Below, piece after piece: positions 53,045-62,639 of a DNA stretch of 64,000 nt. Made by a program: the position numbers and the translations under genes. How positions within the stretch are numbered: position 1 is the first letter of the stretch; each line of letters starts with the position of its first letter. Below the pieces are notes generated by a model. That model did no database searches, had not been told where the DNA came from, and saw only the letters and a list, made by a program, of their open reading frames with translations. This DNA is from Candidatus Eremiobacteria bacterium. Its GTDB lineage: Bacteria; Vulcanimicrobiota; Vulcanimicrobiia; Vulcanimicrobiales; Vulcanimicrobiaceae. The stretch spans positions 128,001 to 192,000 of the forward strand of contig CAVWUU010000002.1 in assembly GCA_963758295.1 (NCBI GenBank). The letters run 5' to 3'.

Positions 53045-54259
53045 ATGCATGTAGGTTCGGATAACGTTCGCGCTTTCGTCGAGCTCGACGAGAAATACGG
53101 CGCACAGAATTACCATCCGCTTGACTTAGTGGTCGAGCGGGCCGAAGGCGTCTGGTTATGGGATGTTGACGGAAAGCGCTACCTCGATTGCATCAGTGCG
53201 TATTCCGCGGTCAATCAGGGGCATTGCCATCCGCGAATCGAGGCGGCGCTCATCGAGCAAGCCTCCAAAGTCACGCTCACTTCACGAGCGATGCGGAACG
53301 ATCGCATGGGGGCCTTCCTCAAAAAGCTCACGGAGTTTTCCGGCTTCGAAAAAGCGCTTCCAATGAACACCGGCTCCGAAGCGGTAGAAACGGCGATCAA
53401 ACTTGCGCGGCGCTGGGGCTACGAAGTCAAAGGTATTCCCGCGAATCAAGCCGAGATCATCGTCTTCTCTAACAATTTTCACGGCCGCACGACCGCTATT
53501 ATCAGTGCGAGCACCGAAGAGTCGTATCGTAAGAATTTCGGACCGTACACGCCGGGATTCGTCTTCGTTCCGTACGGCAGCGCCGACGCGCTCGAACGCG
53601 CGATCTCGCCGAACACGTGCGCGATTTTAATCGAACCGATTCAGGGCGAAGGCGGCGTCATCGTTCCGCCCGAGGGGTTTCTCAAGCGCGCGTGGGCCTT
53701 GTGCAAAGAGCATCAAGTGCTTTTCATCGCGGATGAAATTCAAACCGGATTCGGCCGCACCGGGGACCGTTTCGCATGCGACTACGACGGCATTGCGCCC
53801 GATATTATGATCGTCGGCAAAGCGCTCGGCGGAGGCTATTATCCGGTTTCGGCAGCACTTTCGAGCGCGGCCATCATGTCGCTGTTCAAGCCCGGCGATC
53901 ACGGAAGCACGTTTGGCGGAAACCCGCTGGGCTCCGCGGTCGCGCAAGCCGCGCTCGACGTGTTGATCGATGAAAACCTCGCATCGCGCGCCCGATACGC
54001 CGGCGCAAAAGTAATGCAAGGTCTGCGCGCCGTGCGTTCACCGCTCGTCAAGGAGATTCGCGGCCGCGGCTTGCTCGTCGGCATCGAGTTGACGATCCCG
54101 GCCCGCAGACTCGCTTATGCCCTGCTCGACCGCGGCATCGCAGCCAAGGACACGCACGAAAACGTCCTGCGCATCGCCCCGCCGCTCGTCATCGACGACG
54201 CCGCCATCGATTTTCTGCTCGAACAATACCGCGACGCGTTCGCCTCTTTGTCATCGTAG
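53045..54259 (+). CDS. rocD: Ornithine aminotransferase
   Basis: GAQNYHPL, SAYSAVNQGHCHP, MNTGSEAVETA, DEIQTG, GKALGGG, HGSTFGGNPL. Confidence 0.95.
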   Translation: MHVGSDNVRAFVELDEKYGAQNYHPLDLVVERAEGVWLWDVDGKRYLDCISAYSAVNQGHCHPRIEAALIEQASKVTLTSRAMRNDRMGAFLKKLTEFSGFEKALPMNTGSEAVETAIKLARRWGYEVKGIPANQAEIIVFSNNFHGRTTAIISASTEESYRKNFGPYTPGFVFVPYGSADALERAISPNTCAILIEPIQGEGGVIVPPEGFLKRAWALCKEHQVLFIADEIQTGFGRTGDRFACDYDGIAPDIMIVGKALGGGYYPVSAALSSAAIMSLFKPGDHGSTFGGNPLGSAVAQAALDVLIDENLASRARYAGAKVMQGLRAVRSPLVKEIRGRGLLVGIELTIPARRLAYALLDRGIAAKDTHENVLRIAPPLVIDDAAIDFLLEQYRDAFASLSS

Positions 54260-54316
54260 CTATTTTCCTAAAGCTCGTCGAAGGACGGGCGCATCAATCA
54301 CTACTAAGGACCCAAT

Positions 54317-54354
54317 AAAAAAAGGCGTATATCGGCACGAACCGATATGCGCCT
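54317..54354 (-). terminator. Intrinsic terminator downstream of the M61 pair
   Basis: Stem AGGCGCATATCGG / CCGATATACGCCT followed by a T run on the minus strand. Confidence 0.8.
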
Positions 54355-54424
54355 GTGGTTGGACAATTGACCATGACGGAGCGCTACGGGCGCGCGCTAA
54401 GCGGCGCCCGTTTCACCCAGACCG

Positions 54425-56221
54425 TTACCGAGAGCGAGGTTTGATGACGTCGCTAAGGCGGTCGGGAGTGCCCTTGATGCGGACCAGGTGAGGGTAGCGA
54501 GGGCCGCCGTGGTAGTCGATTTCGATCGTGCGGTACATATCGCCGTGGGTCACGATCAACGCGATCGGTGTCTTTGAGGTTTGCGCTTCCTTCAACGCGT
54601 TGTACAACGCATCGGAGGTAAAGTCCCGACCGTTTACGGCGACGATCTTCGTGTCGACGCCCAAGCCGGCGTTCCATGCGGGCGATCCGTGTTTGACGTC
54701 GGAGACCATACCGGAGGCCGATGTCGCGATACCAACCGAATACCAGAAGTTACTCTTCTCGACGAAGTGCTGCGGTTCGCTCGTGTATACGAGTTTCCAA
54801 CCGTCGGCGGTAAAACCGTCCGGCGGATGAAGCGTGACGTTATCGATCCAGGTATGGAAGAAAGACGTCCAATCGTACGGCGCAATCTCGTTCAAGCCGG
54901 CGATTATGTCCTTGCGCTCGTACGTCGAGACAATCGGACCCGTGTTGTGTTGGCCGAAGAACGCGCGCGCGAAGTCATCAAGCGACGAACGGCCGTGCGT
55001 TTGCGCGCGAATGATGCTGTCAGCTTTGAGCCACATCAGCTCGCCTTCGGAGTAGTAGTCGACCCGCCGGCGTTCAGCGCTATATCCGCGCGGCGCCTGA
55101 TACAGGAACCATGCGGAAACTGCCGTGTCGACGAGCGGGCGCCATTCGCGGCCGGGTTCGTTGTCATAATAGGCGTACGTCGCGGCGACGTGATCGGTCC
55201 ATTCCTTCGGGTCGCGAATGCCGTCGCGCCAAGACATGACGTTACCATAGTATTGCGTCATGCCTTCATAGACCCATAGCAGCGAATCGTTCACCGGAAG
55301 CTGAAAGTTCGCCTGATATAAGCCCGCCGGCATACGGTACTTTCCGTCCCACGAATGATTGAACTCGTGCGAAAGCAAATCGCCGCCGCCGTCGAGCGCC
55401 TTCTCGTTGATGAGGTAGTCGCCGCCTTCACCGTCATCGGAAGACTCGTGATGTTCGATGCCTTCGCCCGGAATAACGTCCGAGAGCGTCAATAGGAAGT
55501 TGTAGTTGCGCCAATGGCGGCCGCCGTACATCGCCAGCATTTCGCGCACGAGCTTGCGGTAGTGATCGATCACCTTGTCGCTCGCATTTAGTTCTTCGGG
55601 GGTATCGGCAAATGCATTAAGATACGCGGCGGAGTTGCCTTCATGCCATAGCTCCCATCGGCGGAAATTCGTGCCCATGTCGAGCGGCGAATCTACGAGA
55701 TGTTCGAGCGACGTCGTATCCCACGTCACGGTTGCGCCGTGTTGCTGCGCCCCCGTTAGCGCCGTCGCGAAGCGCCAATCGCTTCCCGGAAGCACGAGAC
55801 GCGGTTTAAGCATCGTGCTCTGGATGGTGCCGGTGGAGGGATAGAGCAGATCCTGATCCCAGTTGATCGCGGCCATGTTCGGCGACGCCAGGCGAGCATT
55901 GGAATATCCGCCGAACGTTGCACCGAGATATTTAAGGTCGACGCTAATCGAAGAGACGCCGGCCGGCACGTTCGTTCTGAACGCAAACATGTCGTGTGGA
56001 TTGCGCGTCCACGGAATCGTCTTGCCGTTTGCTTTGATGACGATGCCGGTAAGATTTACAACCGGCCCGACCGGGCCGTGCTGTCCCGGGATGAACTCCG
56101 GATAGTACAGCGTGATCGGCCCCGAATGCACCGGAATGATCTCATGCGTGCCGATCACATTTTGCGTCGCGATCTTCGATGCGTCGACCGTTAGAACGAT
56201 CGCCGGTGTTGCGGGAACCAT
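54425..56221 (-). CDS. M61 glycyl aminopeptidase with PDZ domain (no signal peptide)
   Basis: GIEHHESS, HEFNHSW, LWVYEG, DYYSEG. Confidence 0.93.
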   Translation of the reverse strand: MVPATPAIVLTVDASKIATQNVIGTHEIIPVHSGPITLYYPEFIPGQHGPVGPVVNLTGIVIKANGKTIPWTRNPHDMFAFRTNVPAGVSSISVDLKYLGATFGGYSNARLASPNMAAINWDQDLLYPSTGTIQSTMLKPRLVLPGSDWRFATALTGAQQHGATVTWDTTSLEHLVDSPLDMGTNFRRWELWHEGNSAAYLNAFADTPEELNASDKVIDHYRKLVREMLAMYGGRHWRNYNFLLTLSDVIPGEGIEHHESSDDGEGGDYLINEKALDGGGDLLSHEFNHSWDGKYRMPAGLYQANFQLPVNDSLLWVYEGMTQYYGNVMSWRDGIRDPKEWTDHVAATYAYYDNEPGREWRPLVDTAVSAWFLYQAPRGYSAERRRVDYYSEGELMWLKADSIIRAQTHGRSSLDDFARAFFGQHNTGPIVSTYERKDIIAGLNEIAPYDWTSFFHTWIDNVTLHPPDGFTADGWKLVYTSEPQHFVEKSNFWYSVGIATSASGMVSDVKHGSPAWNAGLGVDTKIVAVNGRDFTSDALYNALKEAQTSKTPIALIVTHGDMYRTIEIDYHGGPRYPHLVRIKGTPDRLSDVIKPRSR

Positions 56222-58074
56222 TACTCTTTTCTCCGTGGTTTAACGACGTCCGAAAGACGATCGGTCTGGCCGCCGATGCGAACCAGATGCGGGTAGCGCG
56301 GCCCGTCATGGTAATCGATGGAAATGGTGCGATACGTATCGCCCGCGTTCATCAGCAAGCGAATCGGTTTGTTGGAGCCTTTCGAGGCCTTCAGCGCATT
56401 GACCAAACTGTCAATTGAAAACGCGCGGTCGTTCACCGCAACGATTTTCGAACCGGCGCCGACCGACGCGTTCCACGCCGGCGATCCGAACAGCACATCC
56501 GAAACGCTGCCGTCGTCACCGACGGTCATGCCGAGCGAATATCGCAGGTTGCTCTTCTTGACGTAGGTTTGCGGTTGGTCGGTGTACACGAGCTTCCATC
56601 CGTCGCGTTCGAAGCCGGCTGGAGCATGCTGCTGTACGGTATACACTTTTTCGCGTAAGTAGGAAGCCCAGTCGTAGGGCTCAACGGCGTTGAGCGCCGA
56701 CACGATATCGTCGAACGTGTACGGCACGACCATCGGAGGCGTATTCTCGCGTCCGAAGAACGCTCGCGCTACGTCGTCAAGCGATTTCGTTCCGTTCGAC
56801 TTCTCGCGAATGATTGAGTCGACGTCGAGCCACATCAGCTCGCCTTCGCTGTAGTAATCCGCACCGCGGCGTTCCGCATAGTATTCGCGGCTCGCGCCGT
56901 ACGAGAATTGTACGCCGCGTGCCGTGTCGACGAGCGGACGCCACAAACGACCCGGCTCCGTATCGTAGCTCGCATACACCGATGCAACGTGGTCGGCCCA
57001 CGCCTTCTGCGGGCGCACACCGTCGCGGAACGAGACGACGTTGCCGTAGTACTGCGTCATGCCCTCATAAACCCAGAGCAGCTCACCCTTCATAGGGTCC
57101 TGGTAGTTCGCCGTAGCAAGACCGGCCGGACGGCGATACTTTCCGTTCCACGAGTGATTGAATTCGTGCGACAGCAGGTCGCCGTGCATTTGAAACGCAG
57201 CATCGTCGGTGAGGAAGTTGCCGACCGTGCCGTCGTCGCTTGACTCATGGTGTTCGAGGCCTTCGCCCGGGATCACGTCCGAGAGCGTGAGTAAGAAATG
57301 GTAGTGCCGCCAGTGGCGCGCTCCGTAAAGGGCGTCCATTTCGCGAACGAGGTTTTTCAGCTTCTGCACCGTTTCAGGCGAAGCGTTGAGTTCTTCGGGC
57401 GTGTCGGCAAACGTATCGATTTCGTTCGTGAAGCCGCCTTCGTCGAGCAGCATGAACTTCCGATAGTTGACGCCCTGGAAGAAGGGCGAGTCCACAAGCG
57501 TTTCCAGGGAAACCGGATCGAAGCTCACGCGATCGCCGCTTTGCTGTGGGTTCGGAAGCGCCGTACCGAAGTGCCAGTTCGCGTCCGAGAGCGCAATGGA
57601 GGGCTTCACGATCACGTCGTGCGCCGAAGCGCCCTGCGGATACATGACGACTTCGTTCCATTCCAGAGCGGAGAGATTCGGCGCGGCCAGACGGCTGCGC
57701 GCGCTCGCGAGGTAAACAAAATCGACGTCGATGCTGGACGCGCCCTTCGGCACGTTGAGATGGAAGGCATACATGTCGACGTCGTCGCGGTCCCACGGAA
57801 CGACGGACCCGTTCGCATGCACGACGAGTGAAGCAACGTCGCCAATCGGTCCGTCGGGCGAGTGCGCGCCCGGAATCCATTTGGGATAGACGATCGTCAT
57901 CGCGCCCGGCGTGGCGGGAATCGTTTCGTGGACCGTAATGATGTGTTGATTAGGAAGTTTTGAAGTATCGACTGCAAGCGTGATGGGCTCCGCGGCCGCG
58001 GCGTGCGACACGCACGCATACGACAACGAAAGCGCAGCAATAACCACGCTCGCTCCAAACCTGAAAGAGTGCAT
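56221..58074 (-). CDS. M61 glycyl aminopeptidase with PDZ domain (secreted)
   Basis: Signal peptide, PKWIPG, GLEHHESS, HEFNHSW, LWVYEG. Confidence 0.93.
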   Translation of the reverse strand: MHSFRFGASVVIAALSLSYACVSHAAAAEPITLAVDTSKLPNQHIITVHETIPATPGAMTIVYPKWIPGAHSPDGPIGDVASLVVHANGSVVPWDRDDVDMYAFHLNVPKGASSIDVDFVYLASARSRLAAPNLSALEWNEVVMYPQGASAHDVIVKPSIALSDANWHFGTALPNPQQSGDRVSFDPVSLETLVDSPFFQGVNYRKFMLLDEGGFTNEIDTFADTPEELNASPETVQKLKNLVREMDALYGARHWRHYHFLLTLSDVIPGEGLEHHESSDDGTVGNFLTDDAAFQMHGDLLSHEFNHSWNGKYRRPAGLATANYQDPMKGELLWVYEGMTQYYGNVVSFRDGVRPQKAWADHVASVYASYDTEPGRLWRPLVDTARGVQFSYGASREYYAERRGADYYSEGELMWLDVDSIIREKSNGTKSLDDVARAFFGRENTPPMVVPYTFDDIVSALNAVEPYDWASYLREKVYTVQQHAPAGFERDGWKLVYTDQPQTYVKKSNLRYSLGMTVGDDGSVSDVLFGSPAWNASVGAGSKIVAVNDRAFSIDSLVNALKASKGSNKPIRLLMNAGDTYRTISIDYHDGPRYPHLVRIGGQTDRLSDVVKPRRKE

Positions 58075-58119
58075 GCCGCACGGTACGCGTGAAGCGCTCG
58101 CGGCCCTTCAGCGATTACG

Positions 58120-58587
58120 TCAAAGGTTCTTCAAATGAATGACGTCGAGCACCATCTCGTTTCCGTCGACGAAGCCAAGGGACTCGTAGAGCGGCCGGCC
58201 GGCGCGCGAAGCGCGCAACCGAACGGCGGAGCAGTCTCGTTCATGGCAAGCGGCGATGACCCGCTCGGTTAAGGCACGAGCGAAGCCGCGCCGGCGGTAT
58301 GCCGGGTCCGTATAAACGCCGGCGATCGTTGCTTGGCGCCCAACCAGCGCCAGCGACGCGGGCGTCTCTATAAAGAAGGCGGCCGCGGTTGCGACGATCC
58401 GGCCCGCATGCTCCACCACGAACCACAGGGCCGTTCCTTCACGGATACTGGACGCTATGTGCGGCGCAACGATCAGAGGCCAGCCCGGGTCAACCTGAGG
58501 GAGAAGTAAGCCGGACTCATCCAGCATGTTGTACCAGCAGCGAGCAAGCGTTTCGGCGTCAGGCGGTGCCGCGAGGCGGATGTCCAT
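58120..58587 (-). CDS. GNAT N-acetyltransferase
   Basis: VYTDPAYRRRGFA, AGRPLYESLGF. Confidence 0.92.
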   Translation of the reverse strand: MDIRLAAPPDAETLARCWYNMLDESGLLLPQVDPGWPLIVAPHIASSIREGTALWFVVEHAGRIVATAAAFFIETPASLALVGRQATIAGVYTDPAYRRRGFARALTERVIAACHERDCSAVRLRASRAGRPLYESLGFVDGNEMVLDVIHLKNL

Positions 58588-58591
58588 GTCG

Positions 58592-58621
58592 TTGACACTT
58601 CTTCGTCGCCCGTGCTATCCT
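58592..58621 (+). promoter_or_regulatory. Sigma70 promoter of infC-rpmI-rplT
   Basis: TTGACA-N18-TATCCT with an extended -10 TG. Confidence 0.75.
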
Positions 58622-58627
58622 GCCGAA

Positions 58628-58832
58628 GCCGAAGAAGCCTTCTCCATGGACATAGCTCTAACGCGTGTCGAAGGAGAGAGCTCACCGGATGCCCACGGGC
58701 TATCCGGTTTGGCTTACCAGAAGTAAGTTGGACTTATTTTTAGTAAGCCATCACTCGAGGAGCCGACGGTAGGTTCCGCTTGTGGGGTTGCTTCGGCAGC
58801 GCCATTTTTTGTTTTCCGGGGAACCCGGAAAA
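58628..58832 (+). ncRNA. Structured 5' leader/attenuator (L20-leader-like)
   Basis: Several stems, a UUCG terminator hairpin with U tract (58783-58815), and a 5' segment complementary to the terminator. Confidence 0.65.
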
Positions 58833-58852
58833 ATCGTGTAGGAGTATTTGCC

Positions 58853-59497
58853 ATAGCTCGACCGCTCAGAGTCAACGAACAGATCCGCATTCGTACGGTC
58901 CGCGTGATCGACGAAAACGGCGAACAGCTCGGCATCATGCCGACCGAGGACGCCCTTTCGCGCGCTCGCACCGCCGGACTGGATCTGATCGAGATCTCTC
59001 CCAACGCCCAGCCGCCCGTCGTAAAGATAGGCGACTTTGGCCGGCTAAAATACGAGCAGTCGAAGAAAGACAAAGACGCCCGTAAAAAGCAGCGGAACTT
59101 CGAACTAAAAGAAGTGAAGCTGCGTCCGAAAATCGAGACGCACGACTACGAGACTAAAGCTCGTATGGCGGAGCGCCTTCTGCTGGACGGGAGCAAGATC
59201 AAGGTGACGATCATGTTCCGCGGGCGTGAGATCACCTACACGGCATTCGGGCGGCGATTATTGGATCGCATGGCCGAAGATCTGGCGCCGTTGGCCACGG
59301 TCGAACGCGAACCGCGGCTCGAAGGAAAAAACATGTTCATGATCTTGGCGCCGCGTGCGACGCCGAGTGGTCCACCGAAGTTCTCCTCGCAACACGAGAA
59401 AGAACATCATCGCGATCATAAGGACGAGGTTGCGCCTGAAGCGCAAGCAGAACTGCAAGACGTGAACGCAGCAATTGAGGAGCCTACCAGTGCCTAA
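58853..59497 (+). CDS. infC: Translation initiation factor IF-3 (ATA start)
   Basis: AGGAG-N8-ATA GCT CGA...RVNEQIR..VRVIDENGEQLG, KEVKLRP, FRGRE. Confidence 0.97.
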   Translation: MARPLRVNEQIRIRTVRVIDENGEQLGIMPTEDALSRARTAGLDLIEISPNAQPPVVKIGDFGRLKYEQSKKDKDARKKQRNFELKEVKLRPKIETHDYETKARMAERLLLDGSKIKVTIMFRGREITYTAFGRRLLDRMAEDLAPLATVEREPRLEGKNMFMILAPRATPSGPPKFSSQHEKEHHRDHKDEVAPEAQAELQDVNAAIEEPTSA

Positions 59498-59696
59498 AAT
59501 TCGTACCCACCGTGGAACCGCGAAGCGCGTCAAGGTGACGGCGACCGGCAAAGTAATGCATCGCCATCAGTTTGACGGTTGCGGACACATTCTCAGCAAG
59601 AAGTCGCGCAAGCGCAAACGGAAGTTCCGTAAGGACCAGCCGACGTTCAAGGGCGATCTGAAGCGTTTAGCGCCGACGATTCCGTACCTGGTTTAA
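59490..59696 (+). CDS. rpmI: 50S ribosomal protein L35
   Basis: GTG-PKIRTHRGTAKRVKVTATGK; synteny. Confidence 0.95.
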   Translation: MPKIRTHRGTAKRVKVTATGKVMHRHQFDGCGHILSKKSRKRKRKFRKDQPTFKGDLKRLAPTIPYLV

Positions 59697-59710
59697 GGGG
59701 AGCCGAGTAA

Positions 59711-60070
59711 ATGGCACGCATCAAACGTGGTGTACACGGGCTCAAGCATCGCCGCAAGGTAATGAAGCTCGTGAAGGGCTTCCGCGCCGCTCGCCGTCGC
59801 AACTATCGCGTTGCGAACGAAGCGCTGCTAAAGTCGCTGGCATATGCATTCCGCGATCGTCGCGTCCGCAAGCGCGATTTCCGTTCGCTCTGGATCAGCC
59901 GCATCAATGCCGCCGCTCGTCGCGAAGGCATGACCTATTCGGTGTTCATGAACGGCTTGAAAAAGTCGGGCGTAGCGCTGAACCGCAAGGCGCTCTCGGA
60001 GCTGGCAATCTCCGACTCGCAGGCCTTCGGCTCGCTGCTCAAACTTGCAAAACAGGCCGCCGGCAAGTAA
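59711..60070 (+). CDS. rplT: 50S ribosomal protein L20
   Basis: MARIKRG, YAFRDRRVRKRDFRSLWISRINAA, LNRKALSELA. Confidence 0.98.
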   Translation: MARIKRGVHGLKHRRKVMKLVKGFRAARRRNYRVANEALLKSLAYAFRDRRVRKRDFRSLWISRINAAARREGMTYSVFMNGLKKSGVALNRKALSELAISDSQAFGSLLKLAKQAAGK

Positions 60071-60098
60071 CGCCGGTCCTTAAAGCAACTCCAGGAAG

Positions 60099-60133
60099 AA
60101 GCCCGGTCAGAACTGATCGGGCTTTTTCTTTTC
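60099..60133 (+). terminator. Intrinsic terminator after rplT
   Basis: AAGCCCGGTCAG-AA-CTGATCGGGCTT followed by a T-rich tail. Confidence 0.85.
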
Positions 60134-60210
60134 CCATTGTTGAGCGTCTGACAGTGGTGAATCGTGAAAGCTCCTGCGGGTAAATTCATACTGAGGAGGC
60201 TAACTTTAAA

Positions 60211-60582
60211 GTGACTGACGTACCAAACCGCGCACCCTGGATTAATCTCGTAGTAGGCATCATGGCGATCATCGCGCCGTATGCGCTCGGCTCCGCCGAC
60301 CCGGCTACCAAATGGAGTTCGGTAATAACCGGAATCGTTATCGGGATCGTTGCGATCATCGAGCTGTCGATGGATCGCAAACACATTGCCACCTACTGGC
60401 CGGTCGTGAACATCGTTGCCGGCATCTGGCTGATCATTTCGACTTCGCTCGCCGCCGGCAATACCGGAGTCATCTGGAACGACATCGTGCTCGGCGTGAC
60501 GGCACTCGTTACCGCCATCGTTGCACTGTCGTACGATCGGATGCACATGATGCATCCGGGCGCATCGCCGATGATGCGCTAG
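60211..60582 (+). CDS. SPW-repeat membrane protein
   Basis: Two repeats of (W/V)xN.V.GI...I(A/S)...WxxIVxG; GAGGAGG SD. Confidence 0.8.
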   Translation: MTDVPNRAPWINLVVGIMAIIAPYALGSADPATKWSSVITGIVIGIVAIIELSMDRKHIATYWPVVNIVAGIWLIISTSLAAGNTGVIWNDIVLGVTALVTAIVALSYDRMHMMHPGASPMMR

Positions 60583-60730
60583 AACAAATAAAAGTCCCGC
60601 GCTTCAGAGCCCGGGACTTTTTTATTGTGCCCGAGCAATCGATTCGAGAGCGGCTTGGAAGGCTTGCAAACAAACCGTCTTCTAATGCATTTTCAATCTC
60701 GCGTTCGGCTATAATCGTGACGATCTCCAT
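60509..60730 (-). pseudogene. DUF1992-like N-terminal fragment
   Basis: MEIVTIIAEREIENALEDGLFASLP matches the ERxIxxAxxxGxFxxLP pattern; after ~33 aa the frame runs into the terminator and antisense of the SPW gene. Confidence 0.4.
60587..60626. terminator. Bidirectional intrinsic terminator
   Basis: AATAAAAGTCCCG...CGGGACTTTTTTATT. Confidence 0.8.
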
Positions 60731-60764
60731 GTTGCTTTAAGCCTATCATGGGAAAACTGTAGGC

Positions 60765-61259
60765 ATGAAGTGGATAGCGAGTTTTATGACACTAGCGTTT
60801 GCCGCTGTTCTAACGGGCGGCGTGCAAGCAGCCTCCTCATCGAACGACGCATCGTTCGTGCAGAGCGCGCAGTCTGAATTGCTCGGACAGTACGCGCTTG
60901 CAACGATGGCCAAGAGCAAAGCGCAAGACCCTCAGCTGAAGTCAATCGCCTCGACCCTCGCAACGAATGCGGGCACAGCGACGCAGTTCCTGAAGACGTA
61001 TGCAGCGCAGCATAGCGTTTCCGTCGACAACAAGCCGACGATCCGTGCCGACGCGCAGTACGGCGATATCCAAGCGCTCAAGGGAAAAGCGTTCGACCAG
61101 AAATACGCCATGGACCTGAACACGGACGCGCAGATGGCGCTCTCGTACTTCCAAGATGAAGCGCAGAGCGGCAGCGATCCGGCGTTGAAGGCCTTCGCCA
61201 AGAAGGAAGCCGCCATGCTGCAACAAGCAAGCACGGTTGCGCAAAAGGTCTCACACTAG
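60765..61259 (+). CDS. Secreted DUF4142 (ferritin-like) protein
   Basis: Signal peptide, DASFVQSA, LKGKAFDQKY, GSDPALKAFA. Confidence 0.85.
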   Translation: MKWIASFMTLAFAAVLTGGVQAASSSNDASFVQSAQSELLGQYALATMAKSKAQDPQLKSIASTLATNAGTATQFLKTYAAQHSVSVDNKPTIRADAQYGDIQALKGKAFDQKYAMDLNTDAQMALSYFQDEAQSGSDPALKAFAKKEAAMLQQASTVAQKVSH

Positions 61260-61285
61260 TCCGCGTACGGGGGAACGTCATCCGT

Positions 61286-61311
61286 AACGCCCTTCGGGGC
61301 GTTCTTTTTTT
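61286..61311 (+). terminator. Intrinsic terminator
   Basis: AACGCCC-TTCG-GGGCGTT then C and T7. Confidence 0.8.
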
Positions 61312-61926
61312 ATGACCGCTATGCCGGTATTGGAGCCGCTCCCAGGCGCGCCGCCGCCGGTGCGTCGAACGGTGTTTGTCATGCAGCCCTCACTCGCCGG
61401 CGACGAGGCGCTGGCCGACGCCTTCGCGGCGAAGCAGCGCTGGGCGTTTGACGAAGCGTACCGGCGTTACGGCGCGTTATTGTACACGGCCGCCGTCAGG
61501 GTCTTGCACGATTCCGAAGACGCAAAAGACTGCGTGCACGACGCATTGACGAGAGTTTGGAAGTCGCCCGATGCGTACACGCGGTCGCGCGGCGCCGTGC
61601 GCAGCTTCTTGGCGGTCTGCGTTCGCAATGAAGCGATCACGCGTCTACGCGCGAAAACTCGCCGTGCGCGGCTTGCCGAACGCGTTGCGGCCGAGCCGGT
61701 GGAACACGATGAATTACGCGTGGTCGACACGGTCGAGAACGACCGGCTTCATCGTGCGCTTGGCGATCTTCCTCCGGAGCAACGGCGGCCGATCGAACTC
61801 GCCTATTACGAGCAAAAGACGCATACCGAAATCGCACGAGAATTGAATCAGCCACTGGGAACGATTAAGAGCCGTATTTCTCTCGGTTTGCGAAAGCTTG
61901 GCGTCTCGCTGGGCCGAGGACGATGA
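61312..61926 (+). CDS. ECF sigma factor (SigK-like); start uncertain
   Basis: Region 2 DAKDCVHDALTRVW; region 4 LPPEQR..IELAYY...HTEIA..LGTIKSR. Confidence 0.92.
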   Translation: MTAMPVLEPLPGAPPPVRRTVFVMQPSLAGDEALADAFAAKQRWAFDEAYRRYGALLYTAAVRVLHDSEDAKDCVHDALTRVWKSPDAYTRSRGAVRSFLAVCVRNEAITRLRAKTRRARLAERVAAEPVEHDELRVVDTVENDRLHRALGDLPPEQRRPIELAYYEQKTHTEIARELNQPLGTIKSRISLGLRKLGVSLGRGR

Positions 61927-62582
61927 TGGAACACGTCGGCGAAGACGCAGCGCTGTACGCCTTAGGCGCGCTCGACGAAGAGGAACGCACGGGTGTCGAG
62001 CGTCATGCGGATGCGTGCGTCGCGTGCGCAAAACTGCTCGCGCAAGCGTGTGACGACGTCGCGGTCATGAGCGAGTCGGAAGCGCAGCTTCCCCTGCCTC
62101 GCGATCTCAGCGCAAGAATGGCAACGGCATTCGATCGCGGCGGCGCGGTGAGCCTGGTCAATCGCCCTCAGGGGCGACGGTGGCCCGCGGCGTTCGCGGC
62201 CGTAGCTGCGATCCTGGTGCTGGCCCTTGCACCCGCCGGCTACCTTTGGCAGCAGAATCTTTCGTTGCACGAAACGATGCTCGCGCAGTCGGCAGCGATG
62301 ACACGGATTGCCACGAGCCCGCACCGCGTTGCGACGTTCGCCTCGAACCCGGATGCGCGCGTGATGTACGGACGTGACGGAAGCTGGTACTGCATTATCG
62401 TGCGCGGCGCTTCCGCTCCCATACAGGTTGCGTGGAAACACGGAGCCGAGATGACGATGCTGGGAACAGCGATGCCGCACGGTGACACGGCGATGCTCTA
62501 TCTGCCAAAGTCGCATCGAATGGATCAGTTAGCACTCATTGAAGAGTCGCGCGTTGTCGGACAAGCCCAGCTGCTCTTTTAA
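61923..62582 (+). CDS. Anti-sigma factor (zinc-finger, RskA-like)
   Basis: LYALGALD, HADACVAC (HxxxCxxC), single TM, C-terminal extracytoplasmic domain. Confidence 0.88.
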   Translation: MMEHVGEDAALYALGALDEEERTGVERHADACVACAKLLAQACDDVAVMSESEAQLPLPRDLSARMATAFDRGGAVSLVNRPQGRRWPAAFAAVAAILVLALAPAGYLWQQNLSLHETMLAQSAAMTRIATSPHRVATFASNPDARVMYGRDGSWYCIIVRGASAPIQVAWKHGAEMTMLGTAMPHGDTAMLYLPKSHRMDQLALIEESRVVGQAQLLF

Positions 62583-62639
62583 GCAAGGGAGCGCCCGCCA
62601 AAGGGGTAGCAGACCGCTGTCTCGCCGAAGGCACTAAGC

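Noticed and set aside
58628..58815. T-box riboswitch interpretation of the infC leader
   Set aside because: No UGGNACC T-box motif, and the downstream genes are not amino-acid related
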